Source: Eledone cirrhosa
Lineage: Eukaryota
Assembly (NCBI GenBank): GCA_964016885.1
Contig: OZ024746.1
Location: 14,012,001 to 14,076,000 of the forward strand
Direction of reading: 5' to 3'
DNA: 64,000 bases
The translations under genes were made by a program, and so were the position numbers. Below the pieces are notes generated by a model that saw only the letters and a program-made list of their open reading frames with translations, was not told where the DNA came from and searched no databases. Positions 29,201 through 41,433 of the stretch are shown here, one piece after another (position 1 is the first letter of the stretch; the number at the start of each line of letters is the position of its first letter).

Positions 29201-29884
29201 ATTTGAATGTAAATTTGAGTTGACATGTGAAATGTTAAATACAGCAATATTCCAAGTCTGTAGATAAACGAATGTACGTGACAAGAATAGGTGGAATCTT
29301 GTAATTATCGTATGAAAGAAATTACTATCAACATGAAAAAATAAAACATTAATTGTGGTAAACTTTATAATTTCTTGATAAAATGCCTCTCTTTATTTGC
29401 ATAAAAAAAGAGAAAATCTATATTATTACAGGCTTCTATATTCTCAAAATAACCACATTATTGTTGTTGTTTTTTTAATATAAAAAGAGATTATCAAATA
29501 TTGTTTTTCTTTTGCTTATAAAAATCGCGTTATTCTAATTTTCAAATTTATGACTTTATTGAAAATTATTGATCGCATTTGGGATATTATTTAAGAATAT
29601 ATATTCCTTGGAACAAAGCAGTAAAATCATCTTAAAATACTTCCTGACTCGCATAGAATGAATTCAACAACTTTAAGATATGAACTCGAAAGTTCGTGGC
29701 TGTCAATTTGATGCTACAACGTATATATGTTTATGAATGCTTTCTATATGTTAGGGCATGTGTATTGAAGAAAATGCTTTATATATATCTAACATAATGC
29801 TTACATGATGCAACTAATATCCTGTTTGCTAACAATTGTTGTTGATTATAACAAATGACAGACAGCCGGGATAGCTTTAATTAA

Positions 29885-30067
29885 TAATTGTTTCTACTTT
29901 AGGCACAAGGCCAGCAATTATCCAGTGCATTACTGGTACTTTATTTTATCGAGCCCGTAAGGATGAAAGGCAAAGTCAACCTCGGCGGGATTTGAACTCA
30001 GATCGTAAAGGGACGTAACTATGCTGGAAAGCATGGCGTCCGACCCTCTACCGATACTGCCAATCCA
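29885..30067 (-). mobile_element. tRNA-derived SINE
   Basis: Reverse complement of the 55943-56131 family. Confidence 0.9.
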
Positions 30068-30263
30068 TAGCAGCAATACAGTGTGGCATCGAATAAAGTC
30101 ATATATGGACTTACAGATGAAAATACTGACAGCTGAAAATACCCACAGTGAGATGAAATATAAATATATATTATAGATAAACATAATGTATAGGGGTCTA
30201 TATTCTGTATCAAGAAAAATACCTTTTTCATTCGAATCATCGGATACCTTGAAGCAGTGGTGA

Positions 30264-30610
30264 TCATTGACAAAGTTGGAGCTCCAGAGTCTTGGGTCGA
30301 TTACTGCAGCACGCAGATCTGTTCCTTTGAGGCATGTGTCCATCTCGATGAATGATTTCGGCTAACTCGTCTCTTTGCATCTGGAGAAGGGTCGTTTCTA
30401 TATAGGCCAGAAACACCCTTGTTTGTGTAACCTTGTAGGTGGCCGTCCTCCACACCCACTGCTAAGAGAGAAGCTCGCGCTACGAGTGAGCAATCCTGAC
30501 ATCGATTCCACAGCCAGAGAGAGTGCAACCACCCAGTTACTTGAAATCACTACTGTGTTCGATATATTCTTCTGTGCGAGCATCTCGTTGTATGAAAGGA
30601 TTTGCTGCTG
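30264..30610 (-). mobile_element. possible degraded RTE 3' fragment
   Basis: Scattered LSLA, GRPP and YIET remnants resembling the RTE C-terminus. Confidence 0.3.
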
Positions 30611-31390
30611 ATGGTTTAATAAATACTAAAATACACTACTGAGATGCTGAGGTAGCAGATCACAACTTCAAATACCCATAACTTGAATATATGCATATTT
30701 ATTATCCGTAATCCTATTGCACATGGGTTCACGAACGCTTATACAAAACAAAAGATCTCTGTTGATATTGCTGGAGTTATCTGCCTTGATTAATGCTTTT
30801 TATATTTTGAACATCCCCAAAGTGCTTTCTTGTCTTCCTATCGCAAGGAAAATCTTGTTAATCTGTTTTGTTTTTCAGTTCACTTTCTTTAATATATGCA
30901 CCACGTTATTTCTCTTCGAATCATTATTAATATGCACAATCTTCGTCGCTTCTCATATTCCTTTTAAATTATCAATTACATTTTTCTAAGCTTAATTTTC
31001 TGCTGGTATGATGTGTGTGTGATGAAACAAACAGCACAAATAGAAGGAGGAAAGAAAACGAATAAAATAAAATAATGGGATAGTGGGCCTGAAGCTGTGG
31101 TGGCTGTCCTAAATAGAAAACTAATCATAGCTATGATAAAGGTAAAACTATGTTGTCTCTGATCGAGACGAAGCATAAGTGCATTTGAATACTTATAAAA
31201 ATGTGAAAATTCATCGCTACAACAATCATTGAAACAGCTAAGTGCTGTCAAAGACAGCGATGGGCAAAAATACCTCAGGGGCAGAGACCAGTGGCCAGTG
31301 GTCAACAGAGAGACAATCCACAAGGTGAGTGACAGCTAGATGAAATATAGCGCACTTCTGTTCGCTATTTATACTATATATAAATAAATA

Positions 31391-31473
<83 letters not shown>

Positions 31474-31516
31474 GACGAAACATAAGTCAATTGCATGAAC
31501 TCATAATCCTTTATTT

Positions 31517-31572
31517 ACTGCTATATATATTTCGATGATAACCATTGAATGGCTATGACCTCATCAGGCAGT
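31517..31572 (-). ncRNA. minimal type I hammerhead ribozyme (family E, copy 2; element 31472-31638)
   Basis: Same as 18156-18211; stem II differences keep pairing (G:U to A:U, G:C to G:U). Confidence 0.85.
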
Positions 31573-31638
31573 TAGTCAGTTCTTAGATATGCCAGCTCTG
31601 TGTATATAGTGTTGATGGTATCAGAGCCTTGGGACATA

Positions 31639-31689
<51 letters not shown>

Positions 31690-31698
31690 TGTATATAA

Positions 31699-31785
<87 letters not shown>

Positions 31786-31835
31786 TACTGTATATAAATA
31801 TATATATATATACTGTGTATATATATGTATATCTA

Positions 31836-31876
<41 letters not shown>

Positions 31877-31961
31877 GTTATTCCGGCGGGTTGAATCGGA
31901 GGTAACCACAGTAAGTAAGGTACTCAATACATAGCAGAGTATAAAAGTTTTAATATAGATG

Positions 31962-32012
31962 AGATTCTACAGGACTAGAACTGTTTCATTCTTTGGAGAT
32001 CATCAGGAATCT
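31962..32012 (-). ncRNA. type I hammerhead motif (family F) within a 60-bp inverted repeat (31946-32073)
   Basis: Minus strand AGATTC-CTGATGA-tctccaaagaat-GAA-ACAG ttctagtc CTGT-A-GAATCT; stem I 6 bp, stem III 4 bp, GUA; weak stem II with U.U base. Confidence 0.65.
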
Positions 32013-32069
32013 TTGATGATTTCTAAAGAATGAAACAGTTCTAGTCCTGTAGAATCTCATCTATATTAA

Positions 32070-32156
<87 letters not shown>

Positions 32157-32711
32157 TACGTATATATATATGGAAAGCTTTTTATAGCGGCCACAAAAAC
32201 GTTCTGATGTAAATTAGTAAATATGAAATATAAGATAAAAGAAAATGATAAGAAATCATTTTTACTTAGTGAATGTAAGTGAACTTCTATGCAACCAATT
32301 GAACAAGGTTATGGCTGACTAAACAGAGGTTTATTGTTTAGATAAAAAGTGTAAAATGGGAAATAAATATTCAATTAGTTTCGTATCACTTATATTGAAA
32401 ACTAACTACCGATAAGTGACAGACTGTGGTAATTAGTGTCAAAATAATTGACGACAAACAATATTATATTTCAATCACTGACAAGGTAACGACATCTGAC
32501 CAATGTAAGATTGATAAACATATATGTGTCACCCTCTCGGTTAATATGAGCAAATCTATTGGACAAATTAACAATATCATTTGTTGAAACACATTCGAAC
32601 TATTCTAAAATGTTTTCAAATGGTTTATTAGTGTTATAAATAAATCATTTAAATTTAAGAAATCTAGAAAGAAGCAAAATTAGAATTTGATTTTTCACTC
32701 TCACAAAGCGG

Positions 32712-32896
32712 GTTGTTTCTACTTTAGGCACAAGGCCAGCAATTATCCCAGTGTATTACTGGTACTTTATTTTATCGACCCCGTAAGGATGAAAGACAAA
32801 GTTAACCTCGGCGGGATTTGAACTCAGACCATAAAGGGCCGTAACTCTTTGCTGCAAAGCATGGCGTCCGACCCTCTACTGATACTGCCAATCCAC
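32712..32896 (-). mobile_element. tRNA-derived SINE
   Basis: Reverse complement of the 55943-56131 family. Confidence 0.9.
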
Positions 32897-32908
32897 ATTA
32901 ATAATAAT

Positions 32909-33165
32909 ATTACGGTATGTTTTTAGATGACGAACGTCATCTGTTCGTTCTTGCAGTTGCATCGATAAACAGTCGATATGTTTCTGGATTAATGTTAAGG
33001 CCGCGTATGTCTCTGCCACTCGCTTGAACTGTTGAAAATATATAATATTTTCTAAAGTATATATTTTCAACAGTTCAAGTGAGTGGCAGAGAGATACACA
33101 GAGTTAACAAAGAGCAATATCCACAAAACATGTTGACTGTTGGTCATCTAAAAACCAGAGTGTAA
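32909..33165. mobile_element. foldback MITE-like element
   Basis: Outer IR GTTTTTAGATGAC/GTCATCTAAAAAC; inner IR TCTCTGCCACTC.CTTGAACTGTTGAAAATATA. Confidence 0.7.
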
Positions 33166-34116
33166 TGAGGCTGTTTGCTTGCAAACGAATCAAATATTAT
33201 TAATATTCGATATTAAACTCATAAATACAAATCTAGAAAGTATTTACTAGAAACTAAAGTCAAGTCCGTTTGCTTTTATATGCTGGTCAATATAGGGTTC
33301 GTGTTCGCTAATTTACACATATATTTGAAATCAAAACGAATAGTTTGAAACCGAAAATGATTTTTCTCTTTTATATCTAGTATGTTGCGTTTTCTTTTGG
33401 ATAAAATAAATATTTCAAAAGCAGAGAGCAAAAGCAAAAATGTAAATATGGTAAACGAAAGATATGTCATGGGACCAATTGTAAAATGATAGACGTAAGA
33501 ACATAAAGGAAATTAATTTAAAAACTAATATATATTTACTTTTGTGTTTATTCTCTTCTACAGAAATTGCATCTTTAATTATTTTACGTGTATTCCGAAA
33601 ATAGGTGATATATATTAGAAGAGGTTTAGAACATAGGCTGTGATGCTGAATAGAGCAGTTAAAACATTCATTCAACCTCTTGGGAGTAGACTGGCATTTA
33701 TCAATAAAATGTTCTATTTCAGAATGAAGACAACTATTGATTTGGCGGTGAGTCAATTTATTTGAAGTTTTATCTGTCACTTCATCTTTACCAAACAAAC
33801 AACTACAACCAACTAATTGTTATGAACTTTACGAAACCCGACACACCAAAGAGAGCCGAGTCACTCTAAAAACAATTATGGAGGCTACTATAGTGTTAAA
33901 AATTAATGAGTGTGAAAATATAATTGACCAAATTGTCAGTCTGGCTGAAGCCGATTGGTTCTTTTTCTGTACCTTTCGCAGTAACCGTAATTTATATAAG
34001 ATATGTTTGGAATGTTTATTACTTTAATTACTGATTTCTACAGATTGTACCCTATATCACTGGCACTTTATGCAAATGGTACCACAAACCTTATTTTTAA
34101 TTATCATTATCATATG

Positions 34117-34250
34117 AAACCCGCCGAGGTTAGCTTTGCTTTTCATCCTTATGGGGTCGATAAAATATAGTACCAGTAACGTTCTTGGGTCGATTTAATC
34201 GACTTTCTCCTCCTCCAAAATTGTTGGCTTTGTGCCTGAATCAGAAATCA
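34117..34250 (+). mobile_element. SINE fragment
   Basis: CCCGCCGAGGTT..CTTTGC.TTTCATCCTTA.GGGGTCGATAAAAT core. Confidence 0.75.
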
Positions 34251-34631
34251 TTATCATATTACTACAATACTGTTACCTTCTTTGGCAAATATGTGACTGT
34301 TAGTTTGTGTAATCGTAGTCAGAGGAACTTTTATAGAATCATTATTGAATTAACTTCCACACAAAGATATTTGTGCTTATGATCTTTTAAAACATCTGTT
34401 GGAGAAACTGGATTCAGTAAACTTGTGTTATAGCTTCCAGTGTCATTGATGAATTATATTTATTTCACCTATCGCTGGTAATTAACTAATGTAAATTAAT
34501 ATCTGTTATAAATATAATCTACTTAGTGTCACAACCAGTAGCTGTTTTTAACATTATCATAACTTACATTACATTTACTTCAGATATCAATGTTGATGAA
34601 TATGTATCATAAATAATCTATATTACAGTAA

Positions 34632-34726
34632 TTGTGTTGCCTTTCATCTTTAGGGGATCGATAAAATAAAGTACCAATAATACAGTGGGTTAATTGCTGG
34701 CCTTGTGCCAAAAGTACAAACAATTA
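34632..34726 (+). mobile_element. SINE 3' fragment
   Basis: TTGCCTTTCATC...GATAAAATAAAGTACC...AATTGCTGGCCTTGTGCC. Confidence 0.75.
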
Positions 34727-35185
34727 TTTGTCCACCAGTCACCTACAAAGTTACTATCTATCAAAAATGTTCTAAAAGTTTATATTTATAATATGGGGAG
34801 AGCGAGAGAGAGGGAGATAGTGACAATGGGAATGTGATTCCATTATGTTCAGACGTAATATATATATATATATATTTATTTACAACACATTTTCAAGGTA
34901 CACATGGAACATAATTACAAGAAAGACAAAAAATGCAGGGAGCGGAACTGATCTAAATCATGTAAAATGCTTTCATTCATTTCAGAAATAAAGATTATCA
35001 ACCAACGGTATTGTCGATGTTTCTGACTGATCCGCCTGGCTCTCACTCTCAATATAAATATTTATACAAGCAGAATGGTGAATTTGTTCGAGAATCGAAT
35101 TAAAACCGTGGGTATTTGTACGGTTTTGTTGCACTATATTTTTTAGATGCAACTGAGATTAACTTTGTCTTTCATTCCAGGTAGC

Positions 35186-36108
35186 GGAGGGTTGGTGTAT
35201 GGTTGATGGAAGACTGATGGAGGGCTGGCGTAGGGTTGGTGGAGGGTTGGTGGAGGGTTGATGGAGGGTTGGTGTAGAGTTAGTGTAGGGTTGGTGGAGG
35301 GTTGGTGGAGGGTTGATGGAAGACTGGTGGAGGGTTGGTGGAGGGTAGGTGGAGGGTTGGTGGAGTGTTGGTGGAGGGTTGATGGAAGACTGGTGGAGGG
35401 TTGGTGGAGGGTTGGTGTAGGGTTGGTGTAGTGTTGGTGGAGGGTTGATGGAAGACTGGTGGAGGGTTGGTAGAGGGTTGGTAGAGGGTTGGTGGAGGGT
35501 TGATGGAAGACTGGTGGAGGGTTGGTGTAGGGTTGGTGTAGGGTTGGTGTAGGGGTGGTGGAGGGTTGGTGGAGGGTTGATGGAAGACTGGTGGAGGGTT
35601 GGTGGAGGGTTGATAGAAGACTGGTGGAGGGTTGGTGGAGGGTTGATGGAAGACTGGTGGAGGGTTGGTGTAGGGTTGGTGTAGTGTTGGTGGAGGGTTG
35701 ATGGAAGACTGCTGGAGGGTTGGTAGAGGGTTGGTAGAGGGTTGGTGGAGGGTTGGTGGAGTGTTGGTGGAGTGTTGGTGGAGTGTTGGTGGAGGGTTGG
35801 TGTAGGGTTGGCGAAAAGTTGGCGGAGGGTTGGTGGAGGGTTGGTGGAGGGTTGATGGAAGACTGGTGGAGGGTTGGTGTAGGGTTGGTGTAGTGTTGGT
35901 GGAGGGTTGATGGAAGACTGGTGGAGGGTTGGTAGAGGGTTGGTAGAGGGTTGGTGGAGGGTTGGTGGAGTGTTGGTGGAGTGTTGGTGGAGTGTTGGTG
36001 GAGGGTTGGTGGAGGGTTGGTGTAGGGTTGGCGAAAAGTTGGCGGAGGGTTGGTGGAGGGTTGGCGTAGCGTTGGTGGAGGGTTAGTGTAGCGTTTGTGG
36101 AGGGTTGG
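35186..36108 (+). repeat. 11-bp G-rich minisatellite (GGTGGAGGGTT and variants)
   Basis: Units ggtggagggtt, gatggaagact, ggtgtagggtt, ggtggagtgtt. Confidence 0.95.
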
Positions 36109-36258
36109 GGTATTGGTTAAAGTGTCAGGAAGGATACTTTGCAGTATCTGATCGAGCTCTGGAAGTAATTAGTTCAAATCCCGCATCATTATTTTAGGAA
36201 TTGACCCTCGACAGATAGAAGCATAGGTCCATTGGTCTGATCTGGCGATTGGCTCTAT

Positions 36259-36368
<110 letters not shown>

Positions 36369-37824
36369 ACACGAATACACACACATCATACACACCACAG
36401 GAACACACACACACCATACACACCACACACACACGCTTGCCCACGTGTGTGCACACTCGACAAATCTATCTTTGTTACTGTTTGGTGAATAAACTATATA
36501 TTATTCTCTCCGTAAAACAAACAAGTTATATACTAGTAATAATAATATAAGCGGCAGCTAATAATTCTCCATGCAACGTATGCTACTGCTCGTCATTCAA
36601 TACTGGCCTATCTCAAATGTACAGTTATACAGTAATGATTTATCGGCTCTGAATAAATTAGCTAAATTTAAATTCACAAAAAATACATAATCTTGTTCTT
36701 TTCTACAAATCGATAAACTGTATTTGCAAATATAATCATAGAAAAATCGATACACTGACAGATATTAGTAAAGATCCATCATCGAATAAACCACTAGGTT
36801 TTCTATAGAATATAGATTTTGGAGAACACGTGGTTATTATGCTGCTGTAAATGGAGCTCAGCATATACGAAAATAACTCACACACGCTCATGAATATATA
36901 CGATTTTTACAATGATCATTTAATGTGTATGTATGTATGTATGTATGTATGTATGTATGTATGTATGTATGTATGTATATTTATATGTATGTTTGTATGT
37001 ATGTTTGTATGTACGTATGTTCGCGTGTGTCTGCGTGTGTGCGAGTGTGTGTATATATATATATATATGCATATATGTGTTTGAAGGCCTGGGTATGTAA
37101 GTTGGCTATAAACGAATTATCTACAGAAGCAGCTGGCACAAACGACTGCAAGATAACATGAGCGTGATGACTTTTGAAGCAGATCGACTATTATGCTGGA
37201 ACCAACAAAAGAAATTATAGATCAAAATTCAATGGTAGAGTGTCTATGGTGGTATTCAACTCAACATGTTTTGGAATACTATGGATCTAATCTCCAGAAC
37301 CTAATGAAATTTACGTTTTGTATTCGAATTCCACACTGCCTGAGTTCAAATGCCACATTCAAACGTTAAATAACCTTATAAATATATTAATGTTAAATGT
37401 ATGTACCAGTTTCTTCATTACCTACATTATTCATATATCCTATTTTCTATTTTACTGACTAGGTTTATAAATTAAGTCTTCTTGTATAAAGGGAGATATG
37501 AGTACCGTAGGTAAATGCTGCAAGGTGTCAGGAATGATAGAATACTGCGGTGAATATTCGGTGAGTGTTCATCACACTGAGTCAGTTTCATCTTTCATCG
37601 TTATGTGCTCAGTAAAAGAGACAGTATGTGTATAGCGATCAGAGATTAGATTTTGGTGTTGAGGGACTTATGGCAATAATCGCATGGTTTTCTTTTGTTT
37701 GCAGACTAAGATGTCTGTTAGTGTCCATAGGACGAGTTTGGGGAAGAGTTGGTTCCACAACAAATCAGCAAACCATACTCGAGTATGATTTGCTAATTTA
37801 TTTATTCTGGAACTAACTAACTCT

Positions 37825-37903
<79 letters not shown>

Positions 37904-38329
37904 GTGAGGTTTTTTTTAGAAAATGAAAAATAACCGAGTGAAAGTATAAAGAAAAAAAGATGAAATCGAAAATGCAACTGGAGTCTTATTTTAAAATATA
38001 TATATATATTTATTTGGTTTCTTTACCAGTTTCGCAGTTCTTCTGCTTTTTCTAAAAAAATGTAATCTGATTGGTTATAAATGAAATTATTGCTGTCACG
38101 TGAACAAGTTCATTAAATTTCGCGCCCGTATTTCGGAATTTGTTTTGTAGCCTTTTAGAGAATTTTATGACAATAAAAAAAGTGGTTCACAAAGGCTTTT
38201 TTAAAAAAAATGTAATTTGATTGGTTATAAATGGAATTATGGCTGTCATGTGAATAAGTTCATTAAAATTTCGCGCTTACAAATTACTAATTACACTACC
38301 AGCAATCAAAAACAATGACCAGATTAAAC

Positions 38330-40020
38330 ACACTGATTTATCGATACCAGGAAGACAACTAAAAAGGAACGCGATTATTTAACACATTTTGAATACAAAA
38401 CCAGCAACCTTTACGGACTTCCGAAGATCCACAAGTGTAAAATAATTTACGATGCCTGTAAACAATCCACCTCAGCCTGCGTGAACACACAATACCCCAC
38501 AGACCTTAAATTAAGACCAATTGTAGCGGGCCCACAATGTGAAACACACAGACTGAGCAACTTTATAGACATACTACTAAAACCAATTCTCTAACACATA
38601 CCAAGCCTTGTAAGAGACGATCTGGACCTCTTAAACCACCTCCCCAAACATGCCAACAACGATACTATTATTGTGTCTTTCGATGTAGTGAATATCTACA
38701 CAACGATCTCACACCAATACGGACTACAATCAATAGGATTCTGGCTAGAGAAATATCCCAATGAGATACCTGACAGAATAGAAAAAAGCTTCATCACCGA
38801 GGGATTAAAATTTATCTTACAGAACAACTTTTTGATTTCGATGGCAGTACTTACAAGCAAATATCGGGAACTGCGATGGGTATTAGTCACGGCATACTTA
38901 AAAGTCCAGATTTAAGAACAGTCCAAATCAAAATACGGATTGAACTTCCACAAATATTTATCAGAAAATTGGAAACGCTACTTGGATGATTGCCTTATTC
39001 TTTGGCTCCACACACTCGACCAACTGAATGATTTCAAAAATTTAATAAACGGCATCAATAACCACATCCAATTTACAATGGAATACAGCCAAGATCAACT
39101 CCCATTTCTTGACATCTTAATCTTAAAAAAAGACACAAATATTGAAACTGACATACACTACAAACCATCATATTCCAAACAATACCTGCTATTCACCTCC
39201 AACCACCCAAAGCAGACGAAGACGAACATTCCTTTTAACCTAGCAAAAAAAATTTGCACAATTGTCTCCAATTATGAAACGCGAAATAAAATACTTCAAG
39301 AATTAAAGGAAATTCTACTCGAAAGACAGTATCCACCATTACTAATAAATAATGGAATAGAAAGGGCTAAAGTAATAGGCATTGATGAATTACGAAAACA
39401 GAAACAAATTCAAGGTACGTCCAATATTCTATCATATATCTCAACACGCAATCCAAGAAATGCGGAAGCTTACTACACTATTCACAAGAACATCCCACTA
39501 CTGAAACAAGACCCAAGAATGAAAAAAGCCCTTGAAACACACAAAATAATCAAAAGCAAAAGACAACCGAAATTACTGAAAACATTACTCACCAATGCCA
39601 AATTATCTACCACAAACCCACAACCAACTGTCAAAAAATGTGGTCGCTCTAATTGTGGAACCTGCACTCACCTCATTGAAGGCAACACGTATACATTTAA
39701 ATCAGGACAGAATTTTGCTGTAAAAAAATCACCTCACTTGCTCATAAAAAAATCTAATTTATGCCATTAAATGTAAAGGATGCAATGAAGATTATATAGG
39801 ACAAACTAAACTCACACTCAGAAATAGAATGACAGTTCATCGCCAACAATTACAAGATCCAACCACGAGACAGATACCACTAAGCGCATATCTAGACATT
39901 TGCGCAAGTAATAAGACACCCAAATTCCAAGTCTTCCCATTTTACCTTTGCGCTGACAATACAACAGAACAAATACGAATAAGTAAGGAAAATATGTTAA
40001 TTCAAAAATATTCCTACTAA
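38330..40020 (+). pseudogene. Penelope-like reverse transcriptase + GIY-YIG endonuclease (frameshifted)
   Basis: YGLPKIHK, LRPIVAG, SFDVVNIYT, GTAMG, WKRYLDD, IQFTME, LPFLD, HP..TK.NIPF, linker CGRSNCGTC, NLIYAIKC..C..DYIGQT...RMTVH. Confidence 0.92.
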
Positions 40021-40280
40021 CGGAATCGATTTCCTACACACACACACACAAAATATATATTCTCTTCATCTTAACATGCTAACCATACTCCCACACACAC
40101 ATAACACACATACACACACTCATAACACCCCCACACACACAACTCCCTCCCCCATTTCTACTAATAGAATCACTTTCCTACACACAAAATATATATATTC
40201 TCTCCATCTTAACATACTCCCACACACACACACATAACACACAACTCCCTCCCCCATTTTTACCAATAGAATAGTCTTCC

Positions 40281-40348
<68 letters not shown>

Positions 40349-40474
40349 TAAACATACATATGTCTACTTTCTTTATTTCAATAGAAAATCTGAACTCTGA
40401 CACTCCAGCGAACTAACCATATTCACTGAACCAGAACAATTCTCCCATCCCATTTCTCTTGACCATTCTTTTGC

Positions 40475-41035
40475 TTGTCATAAAATTCTCTAAATGGCTA
40501 CAAAATAAATAATACGGGCGCGGAACTTGTTCACGTGACAGTCATAATTTCATTTATAACCAATCAAATTGCATTTAAAAAAAAAAGCCTTCGGGAGCCA
40601 CTTTTTTTTATTGTCATAAAATTCTGTAAAAGGCTACAAAATAAATTCCCAAATGCGGGCGCGAAATTTTAATGAACTTATTCACGTGACAGTCATAATT
40701 CCATTTATAACCAATCAAATTACATTTAAAAAAAAAAAAGCCTTCGTGTGCCACTTTTTTTATTGTTATAAAATTCTCTAAAAGGCTACAAAACAAATTC
40801 CGAAATAAGGGAGCGAAATTTAATGAACTTGTTCACATGACAGGCATAATTTCATTTATAACCAATCAGATTACATTTTTTTAGAAAAAGACTTCGTGAG
40901 CCCCCTTTTTTAAGTAAAAAGTAATTCAAACACTCATATATGAAAAAAAACAACCTGAGCACCCCCCCTTGTTTGAAGAACTTTGTAACGCGAACTGGCG
41001 CGAAATTTATTATACTTATTGACCAACCAATCAAA
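40475..41035 (+). promoter_or_regulatory. ~151-bp tandem repeats in the PLE 3' region carrying E2F-, E-box- and CCAAT-like motifs
   Basis: TCACGTGA at 40531 and 40682 (TCACATGA 40833); GCGCGAAA at 40659 and 40998; AACCAATCA in each unit. Regulatory role is inference. Confidence 0.5.
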
Positions 41036-41147
41036 TTACTTCTCTAAAAACCTGGCGTTTCGAGCCAATTTTTTTCCATGTAAAACAAGTAACATTCAAA
41101 GACCAACCAGATGTGAGAAAAACCACAGACCTTCCATCTCAACTCTA

Positions 41148-41183
41148 CTTTTGAAAAGCAGAAGAACTGCGAAACTGGTAAAG
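41148..41183 (+). ncRNA. degenerate minimal hammerhead in the PLE terminal repeat
   Basis: CTT-TTGAAAA-GCAG aagaa CTGC-GAAAC tg GTA-AAG; core has two substitutions relative to CTGANGA. Confidence 0.55.
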
Positions 41184-41255
41184 AAACCAAATAAATATAT
41201 ATATATATTTTAAAATAAGACTCCAGTTGCATTTTCGATTTCATCTTTTTTTCTT

Positions 41256-41288
<33 letters not shown>

Positions 41289-41306
41289 TGATGCTCACGA
41301 GTGTTG

Positions 41307-41433
<127 letters not shown>

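Larger units (their letters stand above)
37900..41257 (+). mobile_element. 5'-truncated Penelope-like element (Neptune-type architecture) with inverted partial terminal repeat at the 5' end
   Basis: 37947-38050 is the reverse complement of ~41153-41257 and 38050-38278 of ~40660-40888; flanked by (TA)n; encloses RT and GIY-YIG remnants. Confidence 0.9.

Noticed and set aside
33415-33798. 127-aa minus-strand ORF, faint GIY-YIG C-terminal resemblance
   Set aside because: No diagnostic motif; could be chance in AT-rich DNA
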